Source: Naegleria gruberi (Eukaryota). Taken from it: a stretch of DNA of 64,000 nt. This document shows, piece after piece, positions 34,712-44,947 of this stretch (the first letter of the stretch is position 1; each line of letters starts with the position of its first letter). The notes below the pieces were generated by a model. The model worked only from the letters and a program-made list of their open reading frames with translations. It was not told the origin of the DNA and ran no database searches. The translations under genes were made by a program, and so were the position numbers. The stretch lies in NCBI GenBank assembly GCA_000004985.1, contig GG738888.1. One strand, written 5' to 3'.

Positions 34712-36913
34712 ATGAAACAATCACCAATTCATGATGAAGCCTTTACAACAACTAATCCATGTATAGAATCGACTAATCCAACAGAAGCATCATCAACACA
34801 TATGGAAGATGAAGATTCTCTATCGAGCCATTCCTCTTACACAATAATGGAACAAGAAAGTGGTATCATTGACCCAACATCCAATCAATCTTCAATTATT
34901 ATTGGTGGACAACCTAATTCAGGTGCAAGTGAAGAAGAATTACTTGCCATGATAAGTGATGATACAATTTCTTCTTCCAGTGTTGCAAGTAGTGGAGGTG
35001 GCACAATTTTCATTCCAGCTGATATTTATGATGATGATTCTGATGGTGAAATAATTGTGGCAAGCGAAGCTACTTTTATACCAGTTGTGAATCCATCAAC
35101 TGGTCATTTGAATAATTCTCTTCTTTCTGGAGTACATTTTCCAAACCAAAACTTGTATTTCACTTCTAAAAATGGTACAACCTTTAGGTTTATTCCGTTT
35201 TTAGAATTAGTTCAAGAGTTAAATAATGATAATACTTGGTCTAATGTACAATTTACAACAGAGAATCCACAAAACAATTTTGAAAAGAATAATTCTTCAA
35301 GTAGTACAACTACTACCAACACTTCTACCAGTAATAGTGATATTGCTACTCGATGTGCTAGTAGTTCTTCTACAAATCAAGATAATATTGTTGTTTCTGA
35401 TCAAACAACAGCCATAACGACTACCCAAACTGGTTCAAATTCTACATCAAACAAGAGAAAGAGAGATGAAGAAGTTGAATGTGAAAAGAAGGTGAAAATG
35501 TCTTCTCTTGAACTTGTAGACTTACCAGTCCATATCAAACTGAAAATCCTAGGTTACTTACACGTTCCATTTATGGAATGTTATAGCAATTATCAAACTT
35601 ACGAACTCAATATTTCTCGTATTTTTGGTAAATTTAAAAACGATCCTTTTTCCACAATTTATTTAATGTACACAAGCTTGGGCATGAAGTTGAAACAACA
35701 ACATGGTGGTGTTTTACCAATTGCTAAGCGTACTAAAGATTTGAGAATTCTTGTTGACCCAAAGATTGCCAATCTTGATTTTATTAGTGGGTTTACATAT
35801 TTGCAAAAGTTGAGCATTTGGCTGACAGATTCTAATTTGATGAATTTGTTCCAAAAGCAAGCTGTTTTATTCCCTAAAATAGTTTACTTGAGTTTGGTGT
35901 TATTTAATGATTTGTCTGATACACATTACAGTGAGACATTCCTTAAAATGCCAAATTTGAGAACTTTGCAGATTTTCTCTGATTTGGAGAGATGCTCCAT
36001 CAAGGCAAAGGTTAACTTGCCACCACGTTTGACAACTTTAAGATTATTGAATTATGAGTTTATTGATTTTTCATTCCTCTGTCATAATACTCAAATTACT
36101 TCATTGACAGTTGTTGATTCCTGTAACTTGTCTAATATTGACAAGATATCTTCCTTAACACAACTAAAGAGATTAAAGATCAATGAAGAAGAAACAATGG
36201 ATGGAAGAAACTTGGATTTGAACGCAATTTTCCAATTGGAAACATTAGAACGATTGTCAATTCCTTTGGTTTCATTCAAATATCGTTTGAATGGGTTGAC
36301 GAAATTGCACTCTTTACGTATTCATATTGGTGACGATTTAAATCTCACTCAAATTGAGAAATATGCTAATTACATTTTAGAATGTAAGAGCTTGAAGATA
36401 TTCAAATTTGAAATGTCTGAAGATTGTCCAGCTCAAATTCAAAACAAATTCTTAGACGTTTTATCAAAGCATTCATCTATCGAATATTTAAAGACAAGTT
36501 CACTCATTACTTCAAGCCAAGTAATCAAATACATATTCCAGAATAATAGATTCCCTGCTCTTAAAGAGATTGATTTTTCAAATGCTGAAGATTTAACCAT
36601 TGAACCTTTCAAACTCTTAATAGATACCCAATTGTTTAAGAAACAATTTAATCGAGTAATATTACCAATGAATTTTAACTCTTCAATTGAAGAATGTTTT
36701 GGAGCATTGCTTCCAAACACCAAATTCAGTGAAGATTTCAAAGACAGTTACGAATATTTTGATGTTTGTGACTTTGACGATGATGACTCTGATGATGAAG
36801 ATACACGTTCCATAATTTCTGAACTAATGTCAAATGCTGATGGAGCAAGTTATTATGATGACGATTCTGATTCTGAGGACGATCAACTTTTGGAACATTT
36901 AATCGGCCACTAA
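34712..36913 (+). CDS. F-box/LRR-repeat protein with an S/T-rich N-terminus and an acidic C-terminus.
   Basis: 733-aa ORF. An F-box-like LELVDLPVHIKLKILGYL is followed by leucine-rich repeats (LxxLxL periodicity, RNI-like). Confidence 0.45.
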   Translation: MKQSPIHDEAFTTTNPCIESTNPTEASSTHMEDEDSLSSHSSYTIMEQESGIIDPTSNQSSIIIGGQPNSGASEEELLAMISDDTISSSSVASSGGGTIFIPADIYDDDSDGEIIVASEATFIPVVNPSTGHLNNSLLSGVHFPNQNLYFTSKNGTTFRFIPFLELVQELNNDNTWSNVQFTTENPQNNFEKNNSSSSTTTTNTSTSNSDIATRCASSSSTNQDNIVVSDQTTAITTTQTGSNSTSNKRKRDEEVECEKKVKMSSLELVDLPVHIKLKILGYLHVPFMECYSNYQTYELNISRIFGKFKNDPFSTIYLMYTSLGMKLKQQHGGVLPIAKRTKDLRILVDPKIANLDFISGFTYLQKLSIWLTDSNLMNLFQKQAVLFPKIVYLSLVLFNDLSDTHYSETFLKMPNLRTLQIFSDLERCSIKAKVNLPPRLTTLRLLNYEFIDFSFLCHNTQITSLTVVDSCNLSNIDKISSLTQLKRLKINEEETMDGRNLDLNAIFQLETLERLSIPLVSFKYRLNGLTKLHSLRIHIGDDLNLTQIEKYANYILECKSLKIFKFEMSEDCPAQIQNKFLDVLSKHSSIEYLKTSSLITSSQVIKYIFQNNRFPALKEIDFSNAEDLTIEPFKLLIDTQLFKKQFNRVILPMNFNSSIEECFGALLPNTKFSEDFKDSYEYFDVCDFDDDDSDDEDTRSIISELMSNADGASYYDDDSDSEDDQLLEHLIGH

Positions 36914-37117
36914 ATCTGCAAATATTTTGCAGATTTGAGAGAAACTAGAGTTATCACACCTCTGAGTGTGAACATACGATTTTTGCAGAGTTATTTTAAA
37001 TTTTAATAGGAAATAAACAAGTAAATATCAAATGATTGGTATTACTTAATACTTTCAATACATGCATTAGTATCAGTAATATCAAAATTGAAGATGTTAA
37101 TTTTTAATAATAAAAAA

Positions 37118-37693
37118 ATGAGTGAAAGTAAAATTCGTAAAATTGAACAAGAACCATCATTGGAAGAAATGCATGACGAAGGAGAAGAAGAATGGGAATC
37201 GGAGGAAGAAGATTTTACTTCTAGAAATTCATCACAAAAAATACCTAATGAAAGCACAGTTATAAAACCATTTCCACCATGTTAGTATCATCATCATTAT
37301 CAAAGTATTTATTGAATAATAATAGTGAAATTAAAAAAGCGAGCTCCACCAAAAGTTGGAAATATTAAAAAGAATGATATATTTGTATCGAGGAAATCTA
37401 AATATCATGCATTATTAACTAGAGGAAAAATGTTATTGGAACAAGGAACGTTACAAAATAATTTTATTACAATTCATGGATTAGGAGCTGCTATTCAAAC
37501 AGCAATTGACCTAGCTTTAGATTTACAGACTTATTTTGGAGGAGAATCGAATTTAACTTTTAATATTAAGACTGATACAGTGCCACTAGTGGATGATTTT
37601 TATTCCAGTCACTTGTCGAACGATTTTTACAAAACAAGTCAAGTAAGGTTTAACTCTGCAATTCACATAATTTGTACTAGAGTCAAAAAATAG
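37118..37693 (+). CDS. RNase P/MRP protein subunit POP7/Rpp20-like (Alba-like fold) in 2 exons: 37118..37280 and 37326..37693. The 45-nt intron is 37281..37325.
   Basis: Exon 2 carries an Alba/Rpp20-like core (DIFVSRKSKYHALLTRGKMLLEQG...ITIHGLGAAIQTAIDLALDLQ). GTTAGT...AATAG joins an acidic N-terminal exon in frame (T + TG gives TTG). An alternative ATG lies at 37094. Confidence 0.5.
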
Positions 37694-37709
37694 AGAAATA
37701 ATAAATAGT

Positions 37710-39026
37710 TTATTCAACATATGGATGAATATCGCCTGGAATAGCTTGACCAATAACCAAGCCAGTGTTTGAACCCAAACAGATACCCATCAACAAGAAG
37801 AAGGTCATAATTGTACCAGCAGTTTCCTTTTCATGATCGTCAACAAGACTTGGACCATACATCATACACAATGATGAAAGATAACCATTTGTCAAAGCAA
37901 CAGCTGAGATAGCCAAAAGTGGAACAGCATCATTGAAAGCATCCAAACCAACAATGCTTGGCTTGTACATGAAAACGAATAATGGAACCAACAAGAGACG
38001 AACAAAGATTGGAGCAGCAACCCACTTACGATTGAACATGACAATCCAACGTGGAGCAGATCTACCAATAAAGTCGAAAATGTTAAAGCTAGCTCCAATC
38101 AAGATTGGCAACCAGTCCTTCATAACAGTTCCTGTATAATAAGTTGGTACTGAGACAGACAAACCTGGGAAAACTGAAAGAGTCATCCAAAATACTGTCA
38201 TGACGAGACAAGCTTGAATCCAAATCTTTTTGAAAACTGTGAAAATTCCAGATTTTTGTGGTGTACTTGTTGGAACCAATGTGGAAACTTCGTCATAGGA
38301 TTGTGATTGATCATTAATGGAGGTCTTTGGCTCAGATGCCTTTTGCAAATAATGTTGAACGAATGGAGTTCTCATAATAATAATGAAAGTAGCAATACAA
38401 GCAATGATAACCAAAGCACAGACAAAGAAATAAACAGCAGCTGAGATAGTCATAGTTTGAATTGGGACATGCTTTTTGTTTTGTTCAATGGTCAATTTGG
38501 TGACAATTCTCAAGAATGAACAAGCAACACCAGCAATACCGTTACCAGACATGACAGCTTGTGTGTAATTTGGAGGTAAAACACCAGCAAAACCAAAAAT
38601 ACCACCTTGTAATAATGAAGTACACAAAGCAGCCAAAATAATCAAAACAATTGTAACTGAAAATCCAGCAATGCCATTAACTCCTGCAAAACCTAAAATT
38701 GGAACAAGGATCAAAATGAAAAATGTTAAAACGTAAGCAGGAATCATTTTCATTCTCAATGATAATTTAGATCCGAATTTAATCATAAATAATAAACCCA
38801 ATAAATTAGGTACTGAATATGCTACACTGAAATATAACATTGTATTTGGGAAATATAAAGCACTGAAATAGTCAGGTGCTGAAATAAAAGCATTCCAAGG
38901 GAACAAAACTCCTGTTCCTTGTAATAAGAATATTAAATATACCAAGTTAAATTTATCCTTAGGCGCTTCATCTTTAGTAGCACCAATATCTTGATAGAAA
39001 ACTGGTAATTCTTCCTTTGTATCCAT
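37710..39026 (-). CDS. Equilibrative nucleoside transporter (ENT/SLC29 family).
   Basis: 438-aa ORF with about 11 TM helices. The N-terminus (LVYLIFLLQGTGVLFPWNAFISAPDYF) and overall pattern match ENTs. Confidence 0.75.
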   Translation of the reverse strand: MDTKEELPVFYQDIGATKDEAPKDKFNLVYLIFLLQGTGVLFPWNAFISAPDYFSALYFPNTMLYFSVAYSVPNLLGLLFMIKFGSKLSLRMKMIPAYVLTFFILILVPILGFAGVNGIAGFSVTIVLIILAALCTSLLQGGIFGFAGVLPPNYTQAVMSGNGIAGVACSFLRIVTKLTIEQNKKHVPIQTMTISAAVYFFVCALVIIACIATFIIIMRTPFVQHYLQKASEPKTSINDQSQSYDEVSTLVPTSTPQKSGIFTVFKKIWIQACLVMTVFWMTLSVFPGLSVSVPTYYTGTVMKDWLPILIGASFNIFDFIGRSAPRWIVMFNRKWVAAPIFVRLLLVPLFVFMYKPSIVGLDAFNDAVPLLAISAVALTNGYLSSLCMMYGPSLVDDHEKETAGTIMTFFLLMGICLGSNTGLVIGQAIPGDIHPYVE

Positions 39027-39566
39027 TGTTATTCCAAAGTAAATGTCAAAAATTGGCTCGATCTCAGCAAATTAGAGAATATAATAAATTAATAGCAACT
39101 ATTAACGGTTAGTGTGGTGATGATGGTAATAATAAAAATTGCAAAATATATTGATGATGAGATGATGATAATTCTCTCTCGCTCCGAAAATCTCGCAATT
39201 TTTTTCTTCTCGCAAAAATGCCTCAACACCAACTCTCAAATATTTTGTTGAGAAGTAAGTGGGCACCAAACGATGAAGGCTTTATTATTTGAGCGCGCTG
39301 AAAATCCCAACAAGAGCCTTGAAAAAGAGGCGACAGAAACAAGATAAGGTTCTCGGAGTTGGGAAGGAAGTACTAATGTTGCTAGCGGAGGATTAAGGAA
39401 GCAGAAAATCATGGATTAGATCATCACAAATTGAAGGTAGGGAGGAATTATACAAGTGTTTAGGAAGGTAAGAGCAGTTTGTTGGGAGACAATCCTATTT
39501 TCTTGTTTGATTCATAAAGATATTGTAAAAATATTTTAATTTTGAAACTTTTTATAGAGCTATAGT

Positions 39567-40151
39567 TTAATCTTCATCTTCAATAACAATGAAACCAAAA
39601 TATTTCAAATTCATTGCTAAAACTCCTGAATCAAAAGTTGCATTTGTTAAATTACTACTAGTTGTGTAGAGTTTTCCATGGGTAGGATTGACCTCACTAT
39701 TTGAAAAATAAATTGTTTCATTTGGAGTTTCTTCTGAACTTTCGAATATTTCAATAAAACTTGATGCCAAACTTGCTGCCTTTGAGCTAGTTTTCAAAAC
39801 AGAATTATAGGCCAAATCCTTTGTAAACATCATTTCAATAACTTTCCTTGCCTCCTCTTTAGAAACATGATTAAATTCAGATCCATCTGAAACATCTTCC
39901 TCTTCTTCATCATCATAATAATCATCATCATTTTCATCTTTTGGTTTGCTTGGATATAACAATGGAAATAGAATTTTAGGAGGTGGTAAAGTAGAAAAAT
40001 TAGTTAAATGTTTTTTCAATGTTTTAATCAAAACTGAATTATTCCAATCTGATAGCTGTTGAATAGTATCCATTGAATTAATCTCACAATGAGTTTTACC
40101 ACATTTTCTTGATGATCGGAGCGTGAGGGCAGTTGATGAATGGTGAGACAT
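39567..40151 (-). CDS. Hypothetical acidic protein.
   Basis: 194-aa ORF with a D/E-rich central tract and an ATG in A-rich context. Confidence 0.35.
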   Translation of the reverse strand: MSHHSSTALTLRSSRKCGKTHCEINSMDTIQQLSDWNNSVLIKTLKKHLTNFSTLPPPKILFPLLYPSKPKDENDDDYYDDEEEEDVSDGSEFNHVSKEEARKVIEMMFTKDLAYNSVLKTSSKAASLASSFIEIFESSEETPNETIYFSNSEVNPTHGKLYTTSSNLTNATFDSGVLAMNLKYFGFIVIEDED

Positions 40152-40366
40152 TTTTTTAATGTTGTAATGAATGCGTTTTTAGAATTGAGTGAAAAATCAA
40201 ATTAATTCACCAAGATTAAGATTTGAAAATCAGATTTGGGCTATCTTAACATTTGTAAGGATCATTGTTTTAAAATGCAAGTTGTACGGAGTTAAAGTGA
40301 TTCGGATCTTACTAAATTAATCATGTGCCAAATTTATTGTAATAAGCAATAATTAGAATTAAAAAA

Positions 40367-41215
40367 ATGCTCAAACAACTCAACCCTGCCAAGTCTCGTG
40401 TCTTCGGAATGATGAAAACTTGCAACAAGTCATCAGTATTCTTTAATAATTTGATTAAATCATCAACTGGTAGTACTACTATTGTAAATATTAGAAATTT
40501 GACAACAGCTGTTGAAGTTCCTTTTGGAGATCATTTAGCAGTGTTTAAGCCTCTCACTCAGGAATATGTAGATCAGGCAATTTTATTAACTTGTCATACA
40601 TTTTCAGAGGCTGAACCAATTAATAGAGCACTGAAAGCTACACCACTTGATATGTTTCCTACAGCCAAGCATTTTGTTACAAATGCTGCAAAGGAAGGAT
40701 TGGGACATGTTGCAATTGATAATCAAACTGGAATGGTGGTTGCTGTAGTTTATAGTGAGGATTTTGTGAAGGCTCATTCCGATAATTTTACTCATTCTGA
40801 AAAGTATGCAATTTTGAATTCTCTTTTCGAACAATTGCATTCTCAATATTTCAATTCAGAACATTCTCAATTTGATGAAGATTATTTTTCTAAGAAGGAA
40901 CATTATGGAGAAATTTTGCATGTTATTATTGCTGGTACCTATAATTTTTACAGGTCTAAGGGATTGATTCGAGAACTAGTAAAAACTCACTTGGAACATT
41001 GTAAGGCAAAAGGATTTAAACATGCGATGGCTGAGTGCAGTGGAGAATATTCGAGAAGAGCATTCGAAAAATTAGGATTTGAATCAAAGGCCAAAGTTTT
41101 TTACAATGATTTCAAAGTAAAAGATAGGGTAACAGGCCTTTTCCAAAGACCATTTCAGGATAAGATTCCACAACCTCATGTTTCAATGGACATGGTATGG
41201 AAACACAATTTGTAG
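40367..41215 (+). CDS. Putative GNAT-family N-acetyltransferase with an N-terminal organellar targeting-like sequence.
   Basis: 282-aa ORF. The C-terminal half resembles the GNAT acetyl-CoA-binding core (...HVIIAGTYNFYRSKGLIRELVKTHLEHCKAKGFKHAMAECSGEYSRRAFEKLGFE). Confidence 0.4.
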   Translation: MLKQLNPAKSRVFGMMKTCNKSSVFFNNLIKSSTGSTTIVNIRNLTTAVEVPFGDHLAVFKPLTQEYVDQAILLTCHTFSEAEPINRALKATPLDMFPTAKHFVTNAAKEGLGHVAIDNQTGMVVAVVYSEDFVKAHSDNFTHSEKYAILNSLFEQLHSQYFNSEHSQFDEDYFSKKEHYGEILHVIIAGTYNFYRSKGLIRELVKTHLEHCKAKGFKHAMAECSGEYSRRAFEKLGFESKAKVFYNDFKVKDRVTGLFQRPFQDKIPQPHVSMDMVWKHNL

Positions 41216-41377
41216 GAATTATGCCTTAGTAAATAAAGCTATAAAATTCATAAATTATTATTAATCTTCCCAAGACATTGTAAAGAATTGAGAATGTTGA
41301 GCTTCTCTGCTTAACCTTTCAAAAGTTGTTCTAAGGGTTTGATGGTTTGGTGAAGAGCACTAGCTTCTATTAATCAC

Positions 41378-44300
41378 TTATTGTTTATTTTTCTTTCTTC
41401 TTTCATTGGTGTTGGAAGTTGGTTCAGCAGAGCCAAAGAAGGAGGAAACAGCTGCTCCAATTCCACCAACTACTGTTGAAGAGTTGTTTGTTGCATTGTC
41501 ATTCAGTCTCGATGAATTAATATCATAATTGGTTGAAATTTCCACAAGCTTATCTGAAAGTAATTGAATTTGATGTTCGTAGATAACTTTAGAAGATTGT
41601 AACTCTTCAGATACACTATCCATTTGTTGTTGAATTTGAGAGATTTTCAATTTCAGTTTTTCTTCTTGGTCCTGAGCTTTTTCTAAATCCATAATTGCCT
41701 GTTGGTATTGAATTCTATATTGAACAGTCTTCAAGTCACAAACTTCAATTTGTCTCATCAAGTATTCAATTTGCTTAGTATACTTGGCTTCCAATTCCTT
41801 CTCTCTACTAATTTCTGCATGTGAGAAAATCTCTTTATCATTTGTTGGCTTTCTAATGCTAATGGCTGATGATTTAGTGTAGGTAGAGTTTGGAGTTGAT
41901 GGTTCACTAGTGGTACTACTAATTGGAGATGATTCATCAGTATCCTTGGTTTGAATAATAGATTTTTCAACAGTGGATGACCTTTCTACTTGTTTTGAAA
42001 GTTTTTCATTTAACTCATTAACCTTTCGTATCAATTCCTTGATGGATTGGTTTGTGTAATTTCTATAACTCTCAACAGGATCATTACCAGAAGCACTGTT
42101 ATTGATACTGAGATTCAATTTGGAAACCAAATTCACGGTTTGATTCAATTCTGTTGTCATTCTATCATTGACAAGCTTCAAGTTGTTTTTGTACTCTTCA
42201 TTTTGCTTCTTGAGGTTATTGATAATAATTGATTGTTCCTCCTTTTCTTTTTTCAATATTTCAATTAGAGAGTACAAATCATTCATCTTGACCTTCATGA
42301 CTTCAGCATCTCTCATTGTGAAATCACTACTAGATAGATTGAGTAGATTATTTTTCATATAGTTGGATGATTCATTTCTCAAATGGTTAATACTCTCTTG
42401 GTTATTGTAATAGAAATTAAAGACAGTATTGTTGATAGTATTGTTGTTTCCAGTGAATGAATTATTGACTTGAGTATTTGTAATATTTGTAGATTTGACC
42501 TTTGACGATAGAATAGTTTCATAATCAACAAGAGCACCTCTAGAATAATTATTTGTGAAATCCTTTTCACATTTTTGTAAGCCATTGTGAATAAGTAGGA
42601 GATTATCCAACAATCCTAACATTTGTGAAAGTGATTTGATTAGTTTGTCGTTGATATTTTTGATAAAAGGAGGAACAAAATTCTTTACATTTTCCTTCAA
42701 TAACAAATTGGACAAAATGTCACAATAATCCTTAAATCCGTCCTTAATGCTTTGCAGGACATATTTACATTCTTCTCTAATAGAGAAGTTTCCACTTGAG
42801 GAATTATTACTCTTACTATTTTTAATCTTGGAAATGAAGTCTTGTGCATTTAGTGAATCATTTGGAGGTGAGCCAGCACTAATATTCAGACTGTTAAACA
42901 CCCTCTTGATTTGACTATTGTTTAGATATGTCTCTAACACTTGGTAATCTTCAACATCCAAAATACTCAAATAAAAAGTATTAATAAACGTTTCAAATCG
43001 AGAAAATAGAGTATTTAAATATTTAAGTGCCAGAGTAGCATTGGTATTTCTCATATAAATAAAACCTTCAAATTGAGTAAAATCTTCTTCACTTTCGAGT
43101 TGGCAATCTTCCAATTGTGAGCAAATTGTCAAGTAGAGTAAACATTTACATTTGTAATTGATAATTTCTTTACAGGTCTTAAAAATACAAAAGATGATTT
43201 TCTTGTCCATTGTTTGTGCCTTTTCTTCTTCCTCTTTAGTGAGGTCAAAGCTGACTGTAATCTCATCATTTTTCAAATACTTTAAATAAAGTTCACAATA
43301 TTTGATTAATTTGGCAAATAAATTAGGGAATGTGGAAATATCTATTGTAGTATTCATCCTAGTGTTCAATAATTTGATAATATTTGCCTGTGTATTCGAT
43401 AATTTGTTCAAATGTTGAATTTTTTGTGGAATAAATAAATAGGTGCTACTAGTACATTTTGAAAGGTTTCCTAAAATTGCAATTAAATTTTCAATTAATT
43501 CAATTTCAACTGGGTTACGTTTAAAATTAGAAACATTCAATAAATTAAATTCGTGGTGTCTTGTTTCATCAAATAAAACCTTTCTATTTACATAAGTTTC
43601 AAGATTTGTTATCTCTTCATGTTGTTGATAAGTATAGTTTCTAATGAAACTTTCAGAATCCTTTAAACTCTTCATGTCTGTCTTTAAATTTCTCATCTTA
43701 TCCTTCAAGTGGTCTTTTTCGTTTTGGAATTTCTTTTGATTTTCTTCAATATTAGTTTTCAAAGAGTGAATTGCAGAATCCTTTCCATAAATTGAGTGTT
43801 GTAAATCACTGATCGTATGCTTGAATTTGGCCAAGGTTTTTTCATGTTCCTGTTTTAATTCAAATAAATGAATGTGAATGCTTTCATTCTCTTTAATTTT
43901 AGATTCTAGCTCCTCTTTGATAATTTCTACTTCGGTTTCTTTTTTTGGTTGTTGAGTTTCTGAAGATCCAAATAAGCCAGAAAAAAAGGAAGATTGACGA
44001 GTTGACTTGACCTTGTTTAACTGTTCCTCTAAATCAAACATTAACTGAGCCATTCTCTTCTCCAATCGTTGATTATTAAATTGTAAAATGTCATTCTCTT
44101 CAATTTTTGTTTTTAATTCATTTTCCTTTTTTTCTAATTCTAGTGAAATTTGTTTCCACTTTTGCTCTTCAGTATTTACAACTTTCTTCCATTTAGAATA
44201 CTTTTGTTTATATTTTTGAAATTCCTTTACAAGTTTTTCATACTTGTCCTTTGAGAGTGCAACAATTTGCAAATTATTTCCGGAATTATTGTTTGCACCA

Positions 44301-44455
44301 TTATTACTACTACCAGTACCACTATTACTACTAGATGAAGAATTATTCATACTTGTTGGAATATTGGCCAATGATGTGGGAGATGATGATGGATCCATCG
44401 CCAAATAATTAACAATCGGTGATGATGACTCTGATGAATCTAATGGTGATGACAT
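41378..44455 (-). CDS. Large coiled-coil protein of about 1025 aa of unknown function. The start is probably Met 44455, upstream of which is leader.
   Basis: Long heptad-rich segments, an S/N-rich N-terminus and no recognisable enzymatic motif. The ATG at 44453-44455 sits in good context. Confidence 0.45.
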   Translation of the reverse strand: MSSPLDSSESSSPIVNYLAMDPSSSPTSLANIPTSMNNSSSSSNSGTGSSNNGANNNSGNNLQIVALSKDKYEKLVKEFQKYKQKYSKWKKVVNTEEQKWKQISLELEKKENELKTKIEENDILQFNNQRLEKRMAQLMFDLEEQLNKVKSTRQSSFFSGLFGSSETQQPKKETEVEIIKEELESKIKENESIHIHLFELKQEHEKTLAKFKHTISDLQHSIYGKDSAIHSLKTNIEENQKKFQNEKDHLKDKMRNLKTDMKSLKDSESFIRNYTYQQHEEITNLETYVNRKVLFDETRHHEFNLLNVSNFKRNPVEIELIENLIAILGNLSKCTSSTYLFIPQKIQHLNKLSNTQANIIKLLNTRMNTTIDISTFPNLFAKLIKYCELYLKYLKNDEITVSFDLTKEEEEKAQTMDKKIIFCIFKTCKEIINYKCKCLLYLTICSQLEDCQLESEEDFTQFEGFIYMRNTNATLALKYLNTLFSRFETFINTFYLSILDVEDYQVLETYLNNSQIKRVFNSLNISAGSPPNDSLNAQDFISKIKNSKSNNSSSGNFSIREECKYVLQSIKDGFKDYCDILSNLLLKENVKNFVPPFIKNINDKLIKSLSQMLGLLDNLLLIHNGLQKCEKDFTNNYSRGALVDYETILSSKVKSTNITNTQVNNSFTGNNNTINNTVFNFYYNNQESINHLRNESSNYMKNNLLNLSSSDFTMRDAEVMKVKMNDLYSLIEILKKEKEEQSIIINNLKKQNEEYKNNLKLVNDRMTTELNQTVNLVSKLNLSINNSASGNDPVESYRNYTNQSIKELIRKVNELNEKLSKQVERSSTVEKSIIQTKDTDESSPISSTTSEPSTPNSTYTKSSAISIRKPTNDKEIFSHAEISREKELEAKYTKQIEYLMRQIEVCDLKTVQYRIQYQQAIMDLEKAQDQEEKLKLKISQIQQQMDSVSEELQSSKVIYEHQIQLLSDKLVEISTNYDINSSRLNDNATNNSSTVVGGIGAAVSSFFGSAEPTSNTNERRKKNKQ

Positions 44456-44947
44456 CACGACCGAAATGTCTTGCTTGCAGGAGTATAGGATTGCAATCAA
44501 GATATTTTTTAATTTAGCTAACCAAATAATCACGTATTCTAATGGCAAGTAGAAGAAGAGAATTATATTGATATGGAAAGGTTATTAAAATATGTTAATA
44601 ACAATAACAAAATAATTCATGATCGTAATATTCAAAAATTGAATTGATCAATGGAATGGCAGAAAAAATAGTCCATAGTACTCTTTTACATCACATTACC
44701 TCCAATTAATTTTAATAAATAATTAATAAACCACTTCAATGAGATCAAAATTAATTTTATTATTCATCATCAACTATCTATCAATGGTAAATCTTCCTCC
44801 ATACAACAACAAGTCCTCACCAACTTCACAGCCAATAATATTTTTAGCTTTAAATTGGTGGTTGTAAAATTAACGATAATTAAATTCAAAAAAAAATACT
44901 TAAAAACAAAATCCTACACAAACAACAAGAAATACTCTGCGATCACA

